Below are positions 44,493-49,285 of a stretch of DNA of 49,285 bases, in pieces. Below the pieces are notes generated by a model. The model did not search any database. It was not told the origin of the DNA and saw nothing but the letters and a program-made list of their open reading frames with translations. Numbering within the stretch: position 1 is the stretch's first letter; the number at the start of each line of letters is the position of its first letter. Position numbers and translations under genes: made by a program. This stretch comes from Chromera velia (lineage: Eukaryota): positions 1 to 49,285 of the forward strand of contig JAHBMJ010000401.1 in the NCBI GenBank assembly GCA_018398765.1, given 5' to 3'.

Positions 44493-46166
44493 TCACTTCC
44501 CCATCTTGTGGCCCCTCCCCCCCTTGTTGTGGCGGTCTGTGGATTTGCCTTCATGTGTCAGAAGCCACTCGTACCAGACGTAGTGCTTGTCGTCGCAGCG
44601 CCAGATGCTGAAGCTGCACGGGAACAGTGGAAGGAAAAGGGACAGAGACGCATGCATGGGGATACGTTCAAATTTCAGGGAGGGAGAGAACCCGAAAAAA
44701 GGAGGGAGGGATGGAATGTTTTTCAGTCTGTAGAAAAAAAAGAAAAAGGCGGGCAGGCAGGAGGAAGCTGGTACCACAGCACAGATGCTTGTATTCGTCT
44801 TTCTTCCTCCACTATCCTCTTTTCACTCTTTTCCTCTCCCCACTTTTCCGCCCCCACACTTCATTCCCGCTGTTGACCGAAAAGCAGTTAAGCCTCCATG
44901 CACCAAGCCAACCTACTGACGTAATTTTGTCGCCCTTCTCGACAAAGATCGGCCCCTTGATGGGAAAGAAAATAGGCCACCAGGAAGCCATATCCGTGGA
45001 GTAGGTTTCCTTCACAATCGAGATCGCAACAGAACCATACAGATCCGCGGAGAAGAACCCAGCGATGCCGTGCACCACAGCATCGATGGTGATGGTGAAG
45101 TCCACATCTGTGTGTCTCCGGTTGTGCGCGTTCGAAGGGTCGATGTCCTTGTTGGGGTAATGCTCAAAGGTGAACACAGGCTGCGCACCCTGTACTGCGG
45201 GGAAGTAAGCGGAGTGGATGTAGACGACGAGGGGGGTCTCCAGGAACTTTTCTCCCAGCTTCTGCACTCATGACACAGGAAAAGAGGGAGAAAACAGTAG
45301 GAGAGGGCAGAAAAGAAAAAAAAAATAGAGACGGTGTCAAGCAACTCCGACGCGAATCCCTTTTTGTTTCTTTTCCTTCCCTGCTTTTGCTTTTCCCATC
45401 GAGACGGTGCCCGACCGCGGAAAAAGAGGCAAAGAGGACAACAGGCGACAAAAAAGGGTGGAGAGGTCAAGAATACGCTCAATGCCGCGAGAAAAGGAGA
45501 GGCCGAGAAGTGCACTCACTCTCTCTGAGACTCCCCTTTTAAAATGCATGACCCTCATACGTGTTCCTTCCCTTCCTTCGTTGCCCCCTCCTTCCACGCT
45601 CTCCCTAGCTGCCTGGCACTGTCTGCATGACCGACAAACCTTGGCCTCTGTCCAGAGCTTCGTGGAGGACACGGGACACGCGTAGGACACAGACCGGTGA
45701 GGGATTGAGACACCATCTTCCTTCAGGAGTCTCTGCGCACCGTCGAGACACTCAGGGGAGAGTTCGTTGTCCCCGAACGAACCCAGGAGCTCTGACACCA
45801 TGATGTCGGCCTGCTTCTCCAGGTTCACGTTCTGTCTCATGTCCGAGCTGATGATCTCGAGCTTGCTCCAGAAAGGACAGTTTGCCTCCATTTGCTTCTT
45901 GTCCGTCAAGGTGATGACGGCATTCGGGTTCTTCTCGATGGCGACGAGCTTGACGTCCTGCACGATGGCACGCAGATTGGTGAGTGAAGGCTGGAATCAG
46001 TACAGGCCCGTTGAGCTCAACCAGATAAAAATCGATAGGCATGGCTCTCTTTCACTCTCTCTCTTTCTTACACACAGATACACACATAGACATGCACACA
46101 CACACACACACGCACGCACCCAGGCACGGATACACACACACACGTACGCACGCACGTACACACACA

Positions 46167-46242
<76 letters not shown>

Positions 46243-46314
46243 CTGAAAGACTGAAAGAATGAAAGAAAGAAAGAAAAGAAAGAAAGAAAAGAAAGAAAGA
46301 AAGAAAGGAAAAGA

Positions 46315-46349
<35 letters not shown>

Positions 46350-46361
46350 AAGAAAAAAAAA

Positions 46362-46427
<66 letters not shown>

Positions 46428-46582
46428 AAGAAAGAAAGAAAAGAAAGAAAGAAAGAAAGAAAGAAAAGAAAGAAAGAAAAGAAAGAAAGAAAGAAACAGA
46501 GAGAGAAAGAAAGAAAGAAAGAAAGAAAGAAAAGAAAGAAAGAAAAGAAAGGAAGAAAGAAAGAAAGAAAGAAAAGAAAAGA

Positions 46583-46629
<47 letters not shown>

Positions 46630-48804
46630 AAGAAAAGAAGACAGACAGACAGACAGACAGACAGAAAGAAAGAAAGAAAAGAAAGAATGAGAGGGAGACG
46701 CCTCCAGTAAAAGAAGAAACAGGAGGAAAGGCGCACAAAAAAAGGAAGAACGTACCACCAGAAAACCTCGAGAGTGAAATGCCAAAGAATGCTGGGAGGG
46801 ATCGGAAGGATTGCCAGTGGGAGCAGCAAAGCAGGAGCCCGTGCTCCGAATACGTACAGCTGGGCACACATTCATACGGATAGGATCTAAAGACATCCAT
46901 TCAATTTAAATCAATCGCCTGCAGACCCCCCCACCTCTGTCCTCATCTTGACTTCTTTGATGGCCAGGATACAGGCAGTCACCAGAGGCCCCCTCCCCGC
47001 TCCCACAACCATCAAGACCAGAGGCCCTTTCTGTCCCGTCCTCTCCTCCACCTTCGCTTCCAGAGCCAACTTGAGGGCCTCCCTGTACCGCGCATACTTG
47101 ACTGAGTCCGTCTCGAAGACGGAGTACACGCCGGACTCGAGGTTTTCCTGCAAGGAGGAAAAGGAAACAAAAGGAATGTAGGGACCACGCGAGGAAAATT
47201 GACATCAACAGACAAGCTCGCACGCCCGCACACGCGTATGCACTCGTTCTCTTTCTCACACACAGAGACAGACTACATCGTCTTTTCTTTTCCTTTTCTC
47301 TTCCTTCATTCTCTTCTGTTTTTTTCTTTCTTCTTTTGGCGCGCTGTCTCAATGAAAAGGTACCACAGCTCCAGGCCTTGAGCGTACCCTGCGGCCCTTC
47401 CTTGTCCAGTGCAGAGAGAGACAGACGCGCGCGTGCGGCGTGCACACACACGCAGAGAGAGCGCGGGCGCGGAGAGGGGCAAAAGGGAAAGGACGAGGAC
47501 ATGCATACAGACGTGACAGACAGATTCTTGCAAAAAAACCGAACACAGCTTGCAATGGTGGTGTGCGAAGGAAAGAACAACCGGACGGCCAGTGCATTGC
47601 AGATCGGTGTGAGTGTTCAAAGAAGGCCTAGGAGTCTGGAAGAAAAACCCACAGCCAGAGGTTGGAGGGGGGGCTGCAGGCAGTTCTGGTCCCTGTGCCC
47701 AGCCCTCTCGACCACATTGAGTTTCTTAATCTCGTCCCACAGCTTCTGGATACAATACCTGTACCTCTCAAAGTTCCGGACGTCTTTGCTGGGTGCTACG
47801 GCAATTTGCAGAAGCACTTTTGCTTTTTGCCGCAAGAAGTGATGTACAACTTGGGTGTGAGGGTACGGAAGTTGGGGGCACCCGTGGGAGTTTTCGACAA
47901 AACATTCAAGCGGAATGATCACTGCGGCGACTCTCTCTGAACGCCACCGGTCAAGGTAGGCGAATGGAGGAAGCTTTTTGGTCAGCACCAACGCAACAAA
48001 CAAATGCTGCGGGTTACCGCACTTGTCTTTCACTTTCTTGAAAATATGCCACCCGTCATACGTGTCCTCACTGGTGCACCCCTGCTCGAGAACGCGACGT
48101 CGTTCTTTCTCGTTGTCTTCGTCAGAAAGGTTCGAAAAAGAGGCCGATGCAGCCGCAGCACCGTTCGCAGGGGCTGGCACATCTTCCATGGGGTGTCTCG
48201 ATTCGGCTGCTGCTGCTGCTGCTGGTGGTGCTGGAGAGGAGGGGGGGCTTGCCGCTGGGACTTGCGGACCAAGGCCGCCGTCAAAGTGTTGGGGGTCCAC
48301 GGTGAAGGGGATTCGGAGCCAGAGTCGGCACTGCTGGGTGGACTGGGTGCGCAGCACCTCGTTAACGGCAGCTGCATAGCGATCACAGTCAATGCTGTCG
48401 GGGGTCGGCAGAATGCATGCATACGTTCCCCAAAACGCTGCCAAGTCTGTCTCCTCTCGGAGGGCGTCAGCGCTGTAATTCTTGAACTCTTCGGACACTC
48501 TGTTGGAGTCTGTTGAAATCCAGGAGGAGACAACACCGACATCCTCACCCGCCCTATCCTTTTGGTCCGATTGACGAAAATAATCAGTAGAGGGTGCCAA
48601 GTCATATTCGCTTGGCAGGTCCTTCCCATCCTGCTCCAGGCATGGAGGGAGCTTTGTCAAGGGAAAGGCCACGAAGTCCCACTGTCCCTCATCTTTGTGT
48701 TTTTTCAGGTCATCGGGCTCATTGAGCATGTCGATCTCTCTTCCGACAAAGCAGATGTCGAGCTCTTCCTTTTCTTCATCTGCATCAGATTTTTGGATCG
48801 GCAT
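44493..48804 (-). CDS. PRMT5: Protein arginine N-methyltransferase 5 (type II), ~714 aa. Exons 48804-47653, 47147-46935, 45957-45640, 45261-44921, 44613-44493
   Basis: [101 protein letters not shown] junctions are phase-consistent. Confidence 0.96.
46078..46690. repeat. Compound (AC)n-(AG)n-(AAAG)n-(ACAG)n microsatellite in a PRMT5 intron
   Basis: Visible array in which the AG/AAAG/ACAG succession recurs. Confidence 0.95.
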
Positions 48805-49285
48805 TACTTGTGCTATCCGCAAACAACTACGAAAAACCTCAAACCAGCCGAAGGTCCAAAGGAGGAGACGCGAATGGCGGTGGGCAGTTGGTGAGTCGAC
48901 AGGCAAATTCAGAGACTTCTCAAATGAAGATGGTCAGCGATCGAGGGAAAGAATTTCAGATCTCAAAGTCCCTTGATCACCATACCCTTGTCTTTGCAGA
49001 GTTGAAAATAGTTGAAAGATGTTGAAAGACGCGTTGAACAGATTTTTCCACTGAGCGCTGCTGATATTACATATACGGACAGCTAGTGCATGGCCCCGGA
49101 AAGCGAAGCGGGGGGCACTTAGAAAACAGAAATACCCCAGCCCACGTGCGTGCACGCTGTCTTTCGGCAAAAATCTGACGCAAGCAAGCTTGCGAACGGC
49201 CCCGGAAAGCAAGAAAAATGAGAACTTCACGATTGACGCACGCCGGCCAGCCGATCGGGCAGTCGCGCCGACCCCCCCCCCCCCC

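Noticed and set aside
45997..46900. Phe/Ser/Leu-rich and Lys/Glu/Arg-rich ORFs
   Set aside because: Microsatellite inside a PRMT5 intron.

Overview
Eukaryotic nuclear draft sequence with three N gaps, rich in introns and microsatellites. Signal-peptide+'DAF' plastid leaders, HCF101, a nuclear CcsA piece and abundant TGCATGCA motifs fit a photosynthetic alveolate such as a chromerid (Chromera-like); the organism is inferred, not proven. Most ORF-track entries are repeat or antisense noise, so gene models were built by hand from phase-consistent GT-AG exons. They are: EMC7 (-), a 15-exon SNF1/MARK-type kinase with UBA and KA1 domains (-), a multi-TM protein with an internal in-frame TGA (+), a plastid-type HCF101 (-) head-to-head with an intronless gene for only the C-terminal half of CcsA (+), and PRMT5 (-). 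Between genes lie satellites and TA/TAG-rich islands. One island complex holds long decayed ORFs whose stops are mostly TAG/TAA where Gln would fit, suggesting local C-to-T hypermutation (RIP-like or methylation-driven). Main leads: the split, nucleus-relocated CcsA paired with HCF101, the mutation islands, and a GTC-rich 5' splice-site pattern.
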